Below are positions 29,210-38,901 of a stretch of DNA of 64,000 nt, one piece after another. Both the position numbers and the translations under genes were made by a program. The stretch comes from an uncultured Flavobacteriales bacterium (GTDB lineage: Bacteria > Bacteroidota > Bacteroidia > Flavobacteriales > UBA1820). Each line of letters begins with the position of its first letter. Position 1 is the first letter of the stretch. The notes under the pieces are model-generated. The model was not told where the DNA came from and searched no databases. It was given only the letters and a program-made list of their open reading frames with translations. The DNA lies in NCBI GenBank assembly GCA_938023515.1, contig CALJDR010000022.1:27226-91225 (forward strand), written 5' to 3'.

Positions 29210-30667
29210 ATGAAAAAAAGATTAGGTGTTTTATTGGCAATGCTCCCGTTGCTTGTGTTCTTTTCGTGTTCCAAAGGCGGAGGAAAAGACCAGCATTTCG
29301 GCATTACGTCTTCTACTACGATTTCCCTTACGGCGGATGATACGTACGCGGAGATAGATATAAAGTCTAATGTCGACTGGGCAATCACGGGCGGAGTGGC
29401 TTGGTGTATGCCGGATGTGATCCGGGGCAACGGCGACCGCAAAGTAAAATTGAAGATACAGCCTAAAACGACTTCCGGATCCCGTGAGGTTACATTGACT
29501 GTGGGTTCTTTCCTGGGTACCGTGGATATTTATGTGGAACAGTCCGGCCCGGAGATGGGATATGCCGAAGGTGCTTACAAAGCGGCCGAAACAAACCGGC
29601 AGACCGATCCGGTGAATATCGTTATCATGGGAGATGGATTTACTGCGGCAGATATGGCGCGGGGAGGCGCTTACGACCAGGCGATGGACCGTGCCCGCGA
29701 GGCGTTTTTCGATATAGAACCGTTCAAATCATACCGCAATTATTTCAACGTGTATTATGTATATGCGGAAAGTGCCGAGCGGGGGGCTACCTACGGTTGG
29801 GGATATGACGGTTCGACCAAGGCTACTTTTTCTTTTACAGAGCGGAATACGGCATTCAAAGCTACGTTCTCGACGTCGGCCAATTCTACGGCTACTTCCT
29901 GCAATTACCAGAAAGTGTTCAATTATGCCCGTAAAATACCGGCCATTAAAGAAGGTGCCGATATCGTGCTGAAGCCCGACGGCAATATCCAGAGCGGTGC
30001 TATTGCGGATGTCAATAATGTGATAAACAAAACGCTGGTCATTTTGGTGATCAACGATACCCGTTATGCAGGTACGTGTGTGATGTATCCTACGGGGGCG
30101 GCTATCGGCATGTGTCCGATGTCTACCGCTGCGGGCAATATGAGTTTTGAGGCAACCTTGCGCCATGAAGCGGGCGGACATGGATTCGGGAAATTTACCG
30201 ACGAGTATATTTATTCTGAAACAGCTATCCCCCAAACGTCTACTGACGGAGGATATAGTCTCAATACTTTGCAGCAGTGGCAGGGGCTGGGATATTATAT
30301 GAATATGTCGGCCGTCAAAACGAAAACCGGCGCACCTGCGGTATGGCAGCCTTTCCTGGACAATGCAGCTATTTATCCGGAGGTCGGCTTCTTTGAAGGA
30401 GGTTGTACCTATGCACTGGGTATATGGCGTGCGGAAAGCAACAGCATCATGAACGATAACGTTCCTTATTTCAACGGACCGCAGCGGTATTTTATCTATA
30501 ACCGGATAAAAACGATAGCTGGGGAAGCGCCCACTTGGGCCGATTTCCGTACGCGCGATGTACAGGCTACACCTTCCCAGCTGAACGCTTTCGCAGCGAT
30601 GGCCAAGGCAAGCGAATCCCAATTCATCCCATTGGGCCGGCCTATTATGATGGATATGCCGTTATAA
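29210..30667 (+). CDS. Lipoprotein with N-terminal BACON-like domain and M64 (IgA-peptidase-like) metallopeptidase domain
   Basis: It has a lipoprotein signal (VFFSCS) and a BACON-like segment (SNVDWAITGGVAWC...REVTLTV). The M64-like blocks are VINDTRYAGT, HEAGGHGFGKFTDEY and FFEGGCTYALGIWRAE. Confidence 0.7.
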   Translation: MKKRLGVLLAMLPLLVFFSCSKGGGKDQHFGITSSTTISLTADDTYAEIDIKSNVDWAITGGVAWCMPDVIRGNGDRKVKLKIQPKTTSGSREVTLTVGSFLGTVDIYVEQSGPEMGYAEGAYKAAETNRQTDPVNIVIMGDGFTAADMARGGAYDQAMDRAREAFFDIEPFKSYRNYFNVYYVYAESAERGATYGWGYDGSTKATFSFTERNTAFKATFSTSANSTATSCNYQKVFNYARKIPAIKEGADIVLKPDGNIQSGAIADVNNVINKTLVILVINDTRYAGTCVMYPTGAAIGMCPMSTAAGNMSFEATLRHEAGGHGFGKFTDEYIYSETAIPQTSTDGGYSLNTLQQWQGLGYYMNMSAVKTKTGAPAVWQPFLDNAAIYPEVGFFEGGCTYALGIWRAESNSIMNDNVPYFNGPQRYFIYNRIKTIAGEAPTWADFRTRDVQATPSQLNAFAAMAKASESQFIPLGRPIMMDMPL

Positions 30668-30690
30668 CACTTTTGTTCCTAACGACGCAG

Positions 30691-30730
30691 GAGACTCTTT
30701 TGCAGCGGATATTCCCCGCAAAAGAGTCTT
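30691..30730 (+). terminator. Terminator-like hairpin after the M64 gene
   Basis: GAGACTCTTTTGC-14 nt-GCAAAAGAGTCTT forms a 13-bp stem, but no clear T run follows. Confidence 0.4.
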
Positions 30731-30766
30731 CCTCGTATTCATAAATAACACTAAAAACGATAAGAT

Positions 30767-32533
30767 ATGGGACAATTCTTTAAAATGTTCTTCGCAGCCC
30801 TGCTGGCCGGGGTGGTGTTGATGATCCTGCCTTTCCTGATGTTTATCGGGTTCGTTTCGGTGCTGTCCAGTTTCGGAGAGCAGCCTGAAGTGACGGTCAA
30901 ACCCTCCAGTACGCTGGTAATCGATCTGAGCGTGCCTATCATGGACAAAGCAGTGGAAGATCCGATGGCCATTTTCACTTCGTTCTCTTCGATGACGGGG
31001 AATGTGTCGATGCCTATCAGCCTGCGGGAGCTTACCGAGGCTATCGCCTATGCAGCCGAAGATGAAAATATCGAGGGCATATCGCTCACCGGCGAGGGGT
31101 TCGGCGGGGGTATGGCGCAACTGGTGGCCGTACGCAAGGCGTTGGATGAATTCAAGGAGTCGGGTAAGTACGTGACGGCCTATGCCAACCTGTATAGTCA
31201 GGGCGATTATATCGCCAAGAGTGTGGCCGACAATATATTCCTCAATCCCAACGGCACGGTCGACCTGAAAGGGCTTTCGATGACCAATATGTTCTTCAAA
31301 GGTTTTGAGGAAAAATACGGCATCGGGGTGCAGGTGTTCCGCACCGGAAAATTCAAAAGCGCGGTTGAACCGTTCCTGTTGGATAAAATGAGTCCGGAAA
31401 ACCGCCGGCAGAGCCTTGAGCTTATTACTACAATATGGGATACGCTGTCCTCGGCCGTGGCTGTCGCCCGGGAATATACCCGCGCGCAGGTGGACAACAT
31501 CGCTTCCGGCCGGCTTGGGTTTACGGCCACCGGAGCGTTGGATTGCGGACTGGTGGACAGCCTGATGTATGCCGGGCAGTACGATGATTTCCTGGATAGC
31601 CTCGGCGGGAAAAACCGGATCAAATATGCTGAGTACGCCCGATACCTCTCTATGAAGTCCAAGGCTAAAGCCGAAGACCGGATCGCTGTGATCTATGCGC
31701 AGGGGGATATCGTATACGGCAAAGGCAAAGCGACCGAGATCAGCGAGGACGCTATGCGCAAAGCCCTGAAGAAAGCCAAGGACGACGACCGGGTGAAAGC
31801 GGTCGTGCTGAGGGTGAACTCGCCCGGCGGGGTGTCCATTACGGCGGATAATATCTGGAAGATGGTCGAAGACCTCAAAGCGGAAAAACCCGTCGTCGTT
31901 TCGATGGGCAACTATGCCGCTTCGGGTGGCTATTACATATCCTGCGGGGCTAATTATATCTTTGCCGAACCGACGACCATCACCGGATCCATCGGAGTGT
32001 TTGCCTATATCCCCAATGTGGAAAAATTAGCCAATAAGAACGGTATCACGACCGATGAGGTGTCCATCTATCCCAATTCGGCCGACCCGACCTTCCTTAC
32101 CCCGGTAAGCGACGGTTTGGGCAAGATCATCCAGAAAAGCATCGAGGGGACTTATGCCCAGTTCGTAGGCCGGGTGGCCGAAGGCCGCCATATGGCAACT
32201 GCATCGGTGGATTCCATTGCGCAGGGCCGCGTATGGAGCGGTATTTCCGCCCTGAAGCTCGGACTGGTGGACGAGATCGGGGGGATCGGCAGTGCGGTCG
32301 AGAAGGCTGCCGAGTTAGCAGGAACGGAAGATTATTCGGTGACGGAATACAGTCGTACCCCTTCGTCCTTCGAACAGTTCATGACTATATTGAACAGCTC
32401 CTCCGATATGAAGGTGCGCTCCCTGATCGGGGACGATATGTTCGAGATGTACAGTGCGGCCCGCCGGGCGTCCGAATCGGACAAACCGGTCGTAATGTCG
32501 CGTTTGCCATACGGGATGCGGATAAATATGTAG
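30767..32533 (+). CDS. sppA: Signal peptide peptidase SppA, 67K type
   Basis: It has an N-terminal TM segment and duplicated S49 domains (VLRVNSPGGVSITADNIW, SMGNYAASGGYYISC, GRVWSG). Confidence 0.9.
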   Translation: MGQFFKMFFAALLAGVVLMILPFLMFIGFVSVLSSFGEQPEVTVKPSSTLVIDLSVPIMDKAVEDPMAIFTSFSSMTGNVSMPISLRELTEAIAYAAEDENIEGISLTGEGFGGGMAQLVAVRKALDEFKESGKYVTAYANLYSQGDYIAKSVADNIFLNPNGTVDLKGLSMTNMFFKGFEEKYGIGVQVFRTGKFKSAVEPFLLDKMSPENRRQSLELITTIWDTLSSAVAVAREYTRAQVDNIASGRLGFTATGALDCGLVDSLMYAGQYDDFLDSLGGKNRIKYAEYARYLSMKSKAKAEDRIAVIYAQGDIVYGKGKATEISEDAMRKALKKAKDDDRVKAVVLRVNSPGGVSITADNIWKMVEDLKAEKPVVVSMGNYAASGGYYISCGANYIFAEPTTITGSIGVFAYIPNVEKLANKNGITTDEVSIYPNSADPTFLTPVSDGLGKIIQKSIEGTYAQFVGRVAEGRHMATASVDSIAQGRVWSGISALKLGLVDEIGGIGSAVEKAAELAGTEDYSVTEYSRTPSSFEQFMTILNSSSDMKVRSLIGDDMFEMYSAARRASESDKPVVMSRLPYGMRINM

Positions 32534-32630
32534 TTGTTTAAATGTTTGATATAAAGGGTGTTATTCGAAAGAGTACCGCCCTTTTTTCGTTATTTTACAT
32601 AAAAAACAGTTATATGCCGGTAAAATGACG

Positions 32631-32638
32631 TACCTTTG
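32631..32638 (+). promoter_or_regulatory. Candidate -7 box (TACCTTTG) giving a long leader for the helicase gene
   Basis: It matches TAnnTTTG and lies 166 nt upstream of the ATG at 32805. Confidence 0.3.
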
Positions 32639-32804
32639 CACCGCATTTAAGCAATCGTTCCTTTACCTGTAATATTTGCATATTATCAGCCGGCGGCGAT
32701 CAATGGCCGCGAAGTAAAAGACAATGTGATGAAAACCCGTTTTGTGCGGGCGAATGCTCGGATCCGTTTTCCGAAGAAAAACGGCAAAATAATAAGCAAA
32801 TATT

Positions 32805-34055
32805 ATGTTATTTGAAGATTTGAAACTTTCTGCGCCCGTACTCAGGGCGCTGACGGATGCGGGCTACCAGACCCCCACTCCTATTCAGGAACAAGCCATT
32901 CCTTTGGTATTAGACGGACGCGACCTGCTGGGCAGCGCCCAGACAGGCACCGGCAAAACTGCCGCGTTCGCCCTGCCTATCGTCGAACTTTTAAGTGAAG
33001 AGCGTCCTTCCGGCAAACGTCCGATACGGGCGTTGGTGCTTACTCCTACCCGCGAACTCGCCGGGCAGATATCCGACAATTTCCGGATGTATGCCAAATA
33101 TACCGGCCTGCGCGAGACTGTGGTGTACGGCGGGGTGTCACAGTTCAACCAGACCCGCGAATTGGGCCGGGGGGTAGACATACTCATCGCCACTCCGGGG
33201 CGCCTGCTGGACTTGATGAACCAGGGTTTTGTAAACCTGCGCAATGTTGAATTCCTGGTGCTGGACGAGGCCGACCGTATGCTCGACATGGGCTTTATCC
33301 ACGACATCCGCAAGATCATGGCCCAGGTGCCCGAAGACCGGCAGACGCTGTTCTTCTCGGCCACCATGCCGCCCAATATCTGCGCGCTGGCTTCGGATAT
33401 CCTTTCCGATCCCGAGCGGGTAGAGGTCAGCCCCGAATCCTCGACGGTGGATACAGTCGAGCAAAAAGTGTATTTCGTCGAAAAAGGCAATAAGAAGTCT
33501 CTGCTGCTTTCCCTGCTGGAAGACCCGGATATGGACTCCGTACTGGTCTTTTCGCGGACTAAGCATGGGGCGGACCGCCTGGCCCAGATACTTTCCCGCT
33601 CCGGGATAAAGTGCGATTCCATCCACGGAGACAAGAGCCAGAACGCCCGTCAACGTGCCTTGGATAATTTCAAGAGCCACCACAACCGGGTGCTGATCGC
33701 GACCGATATTGCCGCCCGGGGTATCGATGTGGACAACCTGTCGTATGTCGTGAATTACGACTTGCCGGCCGATTCCGAATCCTATGTACACCGTATAGGC
33801 CGTACAGGCCGCGCGGGGCGTGAAGGGATTTCGGTATCGTTCTGCGACGAAAGCGAGCTCGGATACCTGAAAGATATCAAGAAGCTGATCGGCCGTTCTA
33901 TCGAAGTGGTGGACGACCAGCCTTTCCACTGCCCGGAGTACGCTTTTGCGGCCGAACGCGCCTCGCAGGCGCAGCAGCCCAAAGTAGCCTCCAAAGGAGG
34001 TAATAAGGCCAAACGTTTTTTCCGCCGGGGCTTCTCGGGCCGTAAGGCAGTATAA
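32805..34055 (+). CDS. rhlE: DEAD-box ATP-dependent RNA helicase (RhlE-like)
   Basis: It has a Q-motif region, [26 protein letters not shown] and [10 protein letters not shown], plus a basic C-terminal tail. Confidence 0.9.
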   Translation: MLFEDLKLSAPVLRALTDAGYQTPTPIQEQAIPLVLDGRDLLGSAQTGTGKTAAFALPIVELLSEERPSGKRPIRALVLTPTRELAGQISDNFRMYAKYTGLRETVVYGGVSQFNQTRELGRGVDILIATPGRLLDLMNQGFVNLRNVEFLVLDEADRMLDMGFIHDIRKIMAQVPEDRQTLFFSATMPPNICALASDILSDPERVEVSPESSTVDTVEQKVYFVEKGNKKSLLLSLLEDPDMDSVLVFSRTKHGADRLAQILSRSGIKCDSIHGDKSQNARQRALDNFKSHHNRVLIATDIAARGIDVDNLSYVVNYDLPADSESYVHRIGRTGRAGREGISVSFCDESELGYLKDIKKLIGRSIEVVDDQPFHCPEYAFAAERASQAQQPKVASKGGNKAKRFFRRGFSGRKAV

Positions 34056-34145
34056 GGAAAAACAGGAGGAAATCTCTATCCCTTGTCGGTAAAAGAACCG
34101 GGCCCTTTTCGGGAAATCGGTATCTTTGCGGACAAGGGATTTTTT

Positions 34146-35015
34146 ATGCAGTATATCGAAGCAAAATCCATATTGTCCAAACTCCGGCAGGCCGACGGCC
34201 TGTTCGGCATTACCTACAATATGAACCTCTACCGGGGATGCCAACACGGGTGTATCTACTGCGATACCCGCAGCGATTGCTACGGGATAGGGGACATCTC
34301 GAAAATATCGGTCAAGCGCAATGCGCTGGAACTCCTCGAGCGGGAACTCCGCGCCAAGCGGGGCCGGAAAGGCACGATCGGCACCGGCTCGATGAACGAC
34401 CCTTATATGCCTGCCGAAGAAAAAACCGGGATCGTGCGCGAGGCCTTGGCCCGGATAGCCACGTCGCGTTTTCCGGTGCATGTCATCACGAAAGGGACGC
34501 TCATTACGCGGGATGCGGATATTCTGCAGGATATATCAGCGGTATATGCGGCGGTCAGTTTTACGGTGACATGCGCGGACGATGCGCAGGCCCGGATACT
34601 CGAACCGGGGGCTCCGCCTTCGTCCGCCCGGTTCAAGGCGATGGAAACACTGGCCTCCCGGGGTATTTATACAGGGATAACGCTCATGCCACTGCTCCCT
34701 TTTCTGACCGATACGGTGGAAAATGTGCGGGAAATACTCCGCCGGGCCAAAGACAGCGGCGCGTACTATGTACTGCCGATGTTCGGGACGACCCTGCGCG
34801 CCGGTTCGCGGGATTATTTCTACCGGGCGCTGGAAAAACAGTTTCCGGGAATGAAAGAGCGGTATGTATCGACATTCGGCAGCCGCTACGAGTGCCGGAG
34901 CGATAATTATAAAGTGCTGTCCGAAATGTTTTACGGGGAGTGCCGGCAGTTGGGGCTCCAGACCCGCATGGAGTTTTACCCGGGAGCACCGCAAGCTCAG
35001 ATGTCACTGTTCTGA
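34146..35015 (+). CDS. Radical SAM protein (SPL/DNA-photolyase-like family)
   Basis: The cluster motif is CQHGCIYC (CxxxCxxC). The ATG at 34146 is preferred over the TTG at 34083. Confidence 0.75.
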   Translation: MQYIEAKSILSKLRQADGLFGITYNMNLYRGCQHGCIYCDTRSDCYGIGDISKISVKRNALELLERELRAKRGRKGTIGTGSMNDPYMPAEEKTGIVREALARIATSRFPVHVITKGTLITRDADILQDISAVYAAVSFTVTCADDAQARILEPGAPPSSARFKAMETLASRGIYTGITLMPLLPFLTDTVENVREILRRAKDSGAYYVLPMFGTTLRAGSRDYFYRALEKQFPGMKERYVSTFGSRYECRSDNYKVLSEMFYGECRQLGLQTRMEFYPGAPQAQMSLF

Positions 35016-35030
35016 AACGGTACGACTATA

Positions 35031-35062
35031 AAAAAGCCCGCTCTGTAAAGAGCGGGCTTTTT
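35031..35062. terminator. Bidirectional rho-independent terminator
   Basis: AAAAAGCCCGCTCT-GTAA-AGAGCGGGCTTTTT sits between convergent genes. Confidence 0.75.
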
Positions 35063-35078
35063 GCGGATTTATATCGGG

Positions 35079-36290
35079 CTATTCGCCAAGCAGGCTTTTC
35101 AGCCGCAGCCCTACCGGGTCCTTTTCCGGGTTGTATCCTCCCTGGCGGATCAGGATCTTGCCGTCGGGCGATACGAGGATCTGGGAAGGGTACAGGCTGA
35201 TGCCGTATAGCACGTTCACCGATCCAGGGCCCTGAGGGGTTTCGTACATATTGACCTGATGCCAGGTCAGGCCGTCTTCTTTTACCGCTTTACGCCAGGC
35301 TGCATCGTCGCGGTCGAGTGCCAGGGAGATCATCACGAAGTTTTCCCGGTCTTTGTATTTTTCGTACAGCGGCACCATGAATTTGTTCGCCTCGCGGCAA
35401 GGACCGCACCATGAGCCCCAGAAATCCAGCAGGACGTATTTTCCGCGGAAATCGGACAGCGTTATTTTCTGCCCGTCGATGCCGGTAAGGGTGAAGTCCG
35501 GAGCATCTACGCCGGCCTTTATCCCTTCGTTGTTCTTTTTCCAGGCTTTGGACATGGCCAGAATGTCCCCCATTTTTTTGCCGGCGGGCGTCTGTTTGGC
35601 TTTATCGCCGAGCAGGCCGAATAGTTCTTCGCGGTGTTTGTCGCCGTAACTCCCCTTTACCCCACTCAGCACGTAAGCCGAAAAAGGGTCGTCCGGATAG
35701 CGACGGATATACTCGTCCATCAACTGGTAGGATTTTTCGACCACCGCCCAGGTCTGATTGTTCAGTTCTTTGATCGTTTTGATCAGGGAGTCCATTTCAG
35801 GGCCTTTGGACATCGCATGGGTAGCTTTTTCCACGGCAAACAGGGAGTCCGAATAGATGCAGGCCTCTGCGTAGATCTTGTCCAGGGAATCGAAGTAGGT
35901 CCGGTGGCGGTAATCGTCGTAGATGCCTCCGCTTACCTGTAGGGCACCCAACTGGAAAAGGTCGCCTTTTACGGTGATCTTGTCCGAAGGGTTCAAGCAT
36001 AAACGGTATACTTCGGAGCTACGGACGTCGTCTATCACCTTTCCGGCGGGAAGGTAATAAAGTACTCCTTCGCAGGTGTAGGGCACTGTGATGCTACCTT
36101 CGGCGCGGCCATTGCGGGTGGCGGTGATCGTGTCGATGCGGCTCCCTTCCGGGTCGGCCCGCAAAAGGACCGAATCGCCTTTTTTGAGGTTTTTCAATCG
36201 CAAATCGACCGTTACGGGCTGCTGAGCTGCCGCTTCGAAGGCGAAAAGTCCTGCCAACAGGGACAGGAAAAGGGCTTTGTTCTGTTTCAT
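35079..36290 (-). CDS. TlpA-like thiol:disulfide oxidoreductase (thioredoxin fold, long N-terminal domain)
   Basis: It has a signal peptide. The C-terminal thioredoxin domain contains DFWGSWCGPCREA. Confidence 0.8.
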   Translation of the reverse strand: MKQNKALFLSLLAGLFAFEAAAQQPVTVDLRLKNLKKGDSVLLRADPEGSRIDTITATRNGRAEGSITVPYTCEGVLYYLPAGKVIDDVRSSEVYRLCLNPSDKITVKGDLFQLGALQVSGGIYDDYRHRTYFDSLDKIYAEACIYSDSLFAVEKATHAMSKGPEMDSLIKTIKELNNQTWAVVEKSYQLMDEYIRRYPDDPFSAYVLSGVKGSYGDKHREELFGLLGDKAKQTPAGKKMGDILAMSKAWKKNNEGIKAGVDAPDFTLTGIDGQKITLSDFRGKYVLLDFWGSWCGPCREANKFMVPLYEKYKDRENFVMISLALDRDDAAWRKAVKEDGLTWHQVNMYETPQGPGSVNVLYGISLYPSQILVSPDGKILIRQGGYNPEKDPVGLRLKSLLGE

Positions 36291-36368
36291 TTTTTAAACG
36301 GATAGGTTTTATGCATAAGACCCCGCCGAAAGGGGAATAGTTTCAAATAGTATAGAAAAAACGCGCGG

Positions 36369-36959
36369 TTACCGGCGCTTTTCGAGTTCTTTTAGGTATT
36401 CTTCCGCCGTGAGTTCCAATTCCTGGTACCAGTCCTTCCCGAAACGCCGGATAAGAGGCTCCCTTAGGAACTTATATACCGGGACCTTCAGTTTCCGGCC
36501 CAATACACAGGCATCCCGGCAAACGTCCCACCGGTTGTAGTTCAGGGCGGTGAAGGACATGATCCGACTGAGCCGGACGGGATACAGGTGGCACGAGACG
36601 GGTTTTTTGAACGAGATATGGCCATCCGCATAAGCTTTTTCGATGGCGCAGGTGGCCGCGCCGCCCGGTTCGTACACCAGGTAGGCGCACTCTTTTCCTC
36701 CCGCCAGCGGGGTGGATGGCAGGTGATCGTACGGGTCGTTCACCCAGGTGCCCTGCAGGCGTACGGCTTCGATACCCTCGGGACGCATGTAAGGTTTTAC
36801 CCGGGGATAGATTTCCTCCAGGATGGCTTTTTCGTTCTCATCTACCGGGGCCCCGCTGTCGCCTGCCACGCAGCATGCGCCTTTGCATTTGGCCAGGTCG
36901 CATACGAACGATTCGAGCAGCAGGTCGTCCGATACCAGTGTATCCTTGATCTGTAGCAT
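36369..36959 (-). CDS. Cys-rich DUF3109-like protein
   Basis: The N-terminus reads FVCDLAKCKGACCVAGDSGAP, and further conserved Cys residues follow (ECAYL, ATCAIE, VSCHLYPVR). Confidence 0.65.
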   Translation of the reverse strand: MLQIKDTLVSDDLLLESFVCDLAKCKGACCVAGDSGAPVDENEKAILEEIYPRVKPYMRPEGIEAVRLQGTWVNDPYDHLPSTPLAGGKECAYLVYEPGGAATCAIEKAYADGHISFKKPVSCHLYPVRLSRIMSFTALNYNRWDVCRDACVLGRKLKVPVYKFLREPLIRRFGKDWYQELELTAEEYLKELEKRR

Positions 36960-37054
36960 GGATACAAAAATAGTTTTTTTAGCCTTTTTTTAGGGTATTT
37001 TCACGGGATAATCTCTAAATTTGTCAAAATGACTAAATCCGGTCTTACAGAGCG

Positions 37055-37456
37055 ATGAAAGTAGTAAAAACAGCTATACTGGCCGCCGTATTTTTCTGCG
37101 CGGCTTCCTTGTCCGCCCAGAATATGGGCATGGTGACCGTCAAGGCCGACCCCCGGATCGAGCACTTGCTCCGCCTGAGGGTGGAAAACAATAGCGACGG
37201 GCGCCGGGTGGACGGGTATGTGATACAGATCTATTACGGCCGGCTTCAAAAAGCCCGGGATGTCATGACCGCTTTCCAGGAGAGCTATCCTTTCGAATAT
37301 TCGGAGATCGAATACGATACGCCCGACTATAAGGTATTCGTGGGAGCTTATCTGACCGAGGCACAGGCGCGGGAAGCCTTATCCCTGCTCAAGCAAAACC
37401 CGGATTATTCGGGGGCTTTCGTGCGTCCGAAAAAGATAACCGTTTACGACGACTGA
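37055..37456 (+). CDS. SPOR-domain protein
   Basis: It has a signal peptide and a SPOR-like beta-alpha-beta repeat (GYVIQIYYG ... YKVFVGAYLTEAQAREAL). Confidence 0.65.
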   Translation: MKVVKTAILAAVFFCAASLSAQNMGMVTVKADPRIEHLLRLRVENNSDGRRVDGYVIQIYYGRLQKARDVMTAFQESYPFEYSEIEYDTPDYKVFVGAYLTEAQAREALSLLKQNPDYSGAFVRPKKITVYDD

Positions 37457-37470
37457 TATTTTTTGTAAAA

Positions 37471-38901
37471 ATGATACGCAGCACAGGCATGAGATTGATC
37501 GCCGGATTATTTGTTGCGGTGTTTGTCGCACTGCCCGGGCTTTTGCATGCCCAAAAGGTACAGTTCGAGCGTTTCGTAATGCCTTCGGGGCTGCGGGTAT
37601 TGGTGCATAGCGACGACCGTTCGCCGGTCGTGTCGGTAGGGTTGATGTATAGGACGGGACTGAATGACGAACCGAGTACGCTGGCCGGCATAAACGCCGT
37701 TGTGGCGGCTATGAGCACCGAATCTTCGGCCCATTTATCTCCCGGGCAGTATCGGTCGATCATGGGGACGTACGGCGGGAAGAGTACCGTCGACGTGAGT
37801 TACGACGTGACGTTCTTCTGCGATAGTTTTTCTTCCAATATGCTCAAAGGGGCTATTTGGCTGGCTGCGGAAAAGGCTTACGGTTTTCGGGAGGATACGG
37901 TTGCTTTTGCCCAGGTAGCCGCAAAAGTGGCCGGCGAAGCATCCGTCCGGCAGCGCCGTACCGGCGACCGGGAAGAAAAAGCCTTATACGATATGGTACG
38001 CACCGTGAATCTGCGGCTGGTGCCGGAAGTGGCTACCCTGGACAGCGGGATCACGATGACGGCTGCCAAGGCTTACGAAAAATTGTATTTCAATCCAAAA
38101 AAGGCGGTTTTGGCCATCAGCGGCGATGTGAACGTCGATTCCGTCCGCCGGTATGTGGTGGAAATGTTTTCCCTGCTTCCGCCCGATACGCTGAAAGTGA
38201 ACTTGAAACCCACTTTATTCTCTGTCCGGAAACCGGCTGCCGATACGGTGGTGCTTTCCGGCGGGAAGGCCGTGGATGTGGGCAGCGGGATATTGGCGGT
38301 AGGAGGGTATGATAAGCATATCGATACGCTATATATCCCTCAACCGAACGAATCCGTTATTTTCGCCTGGCAGATACCCCCGTATAGCGATCCTCAGTTC
38401 GAGGTGTTCGATTTTATCAGTACGGTGCTCTGCGCTTCGAGCGGTTCCAGATTGGACAAGGCGTTGGTGGAAGAGGAAGGATTGGCTACATCGGTGCAGC
38501 CGTTTATCCTGCCGATGGAGCGGGCCTCCGTTTTTGCCTTTAAGGTAGACCTGCGGCCAGGAGTGAAGATTTCCCAGGCCGAGGCAGTCGTCCACCGGGA
38601 GCTCGAGCGGATGCGGAATTTCAATATCACGGCCGGAGAACTGAAAAAGGCGGTCAACGCTACGCAGATGTCTCAATGGCAGTACATATCTTCCAATGAA
38701 GGGATGGTGCGCAATATGGCCCTTACCGAATTGCTGTACGGGGATGCGGCGGTATTCAACTCGCGGATGGAAAAGCTATCCACGATCACCCAGGAAGATG
38801 TCCGTATAGTGATGCGGCGTTTTTTCCGCACCGATAATATGAAAACGATCTATGAACTTCCCTCCTCGCGCAGGGAACAATCTTCCGCAGGTTCGAAATG
38901 A
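37471..38901 (+). CDS. M16 (pitrilysin)-family peptidase-like protein lacking the HxxEH zinc motif
   Basis: The M16 N- and C-domain layout is present (LRVLVHSDDRSPVVSVGLMYRTG). AVVAA (37696-37710) stands where HxxEH is expected. Confidence 0.75.
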   Translation: MIRSTGMRLIAGLFVAVFVALPGLLHAQKVQFERFVMPSGLRVLVHSDDRSPVVSVGLMYRTGLNDEPSTLAGINAVVAAMSTESSAHLSPGQYRSIMGTYGGKSTVDVSYDVTFFCDSFSSNMLKGAIWLAAEKAYGFREDTVAFAQVAAKVAGEASVRQRRTGDREEKALYDMVRTVNLRLVPEVATLDSGITMTAAKAYEKLYFNPKKAVLAISGDVNVDSVRRYVVEMFSLLPPDTLKVNLKPTLFSVRKPAADTVVLSGGKAVDVGSGILAVGGYDKHIDTLYIPQPNESVIFAWQIPPYSDPQFEVFDFISTVLCASSGSRLDKALVEEEGLATSVQPFILPMERASVFAFKVDLRPGVKISQAEAVVHRELERMRNFNITAGELKKAVNATQMSQWQYISSNEGMVRNMALTELLYGDAAVFNSRMEKLSTITQEDVRIVMRRFFRTDNMKTIYELPSSRREQSSAGSK

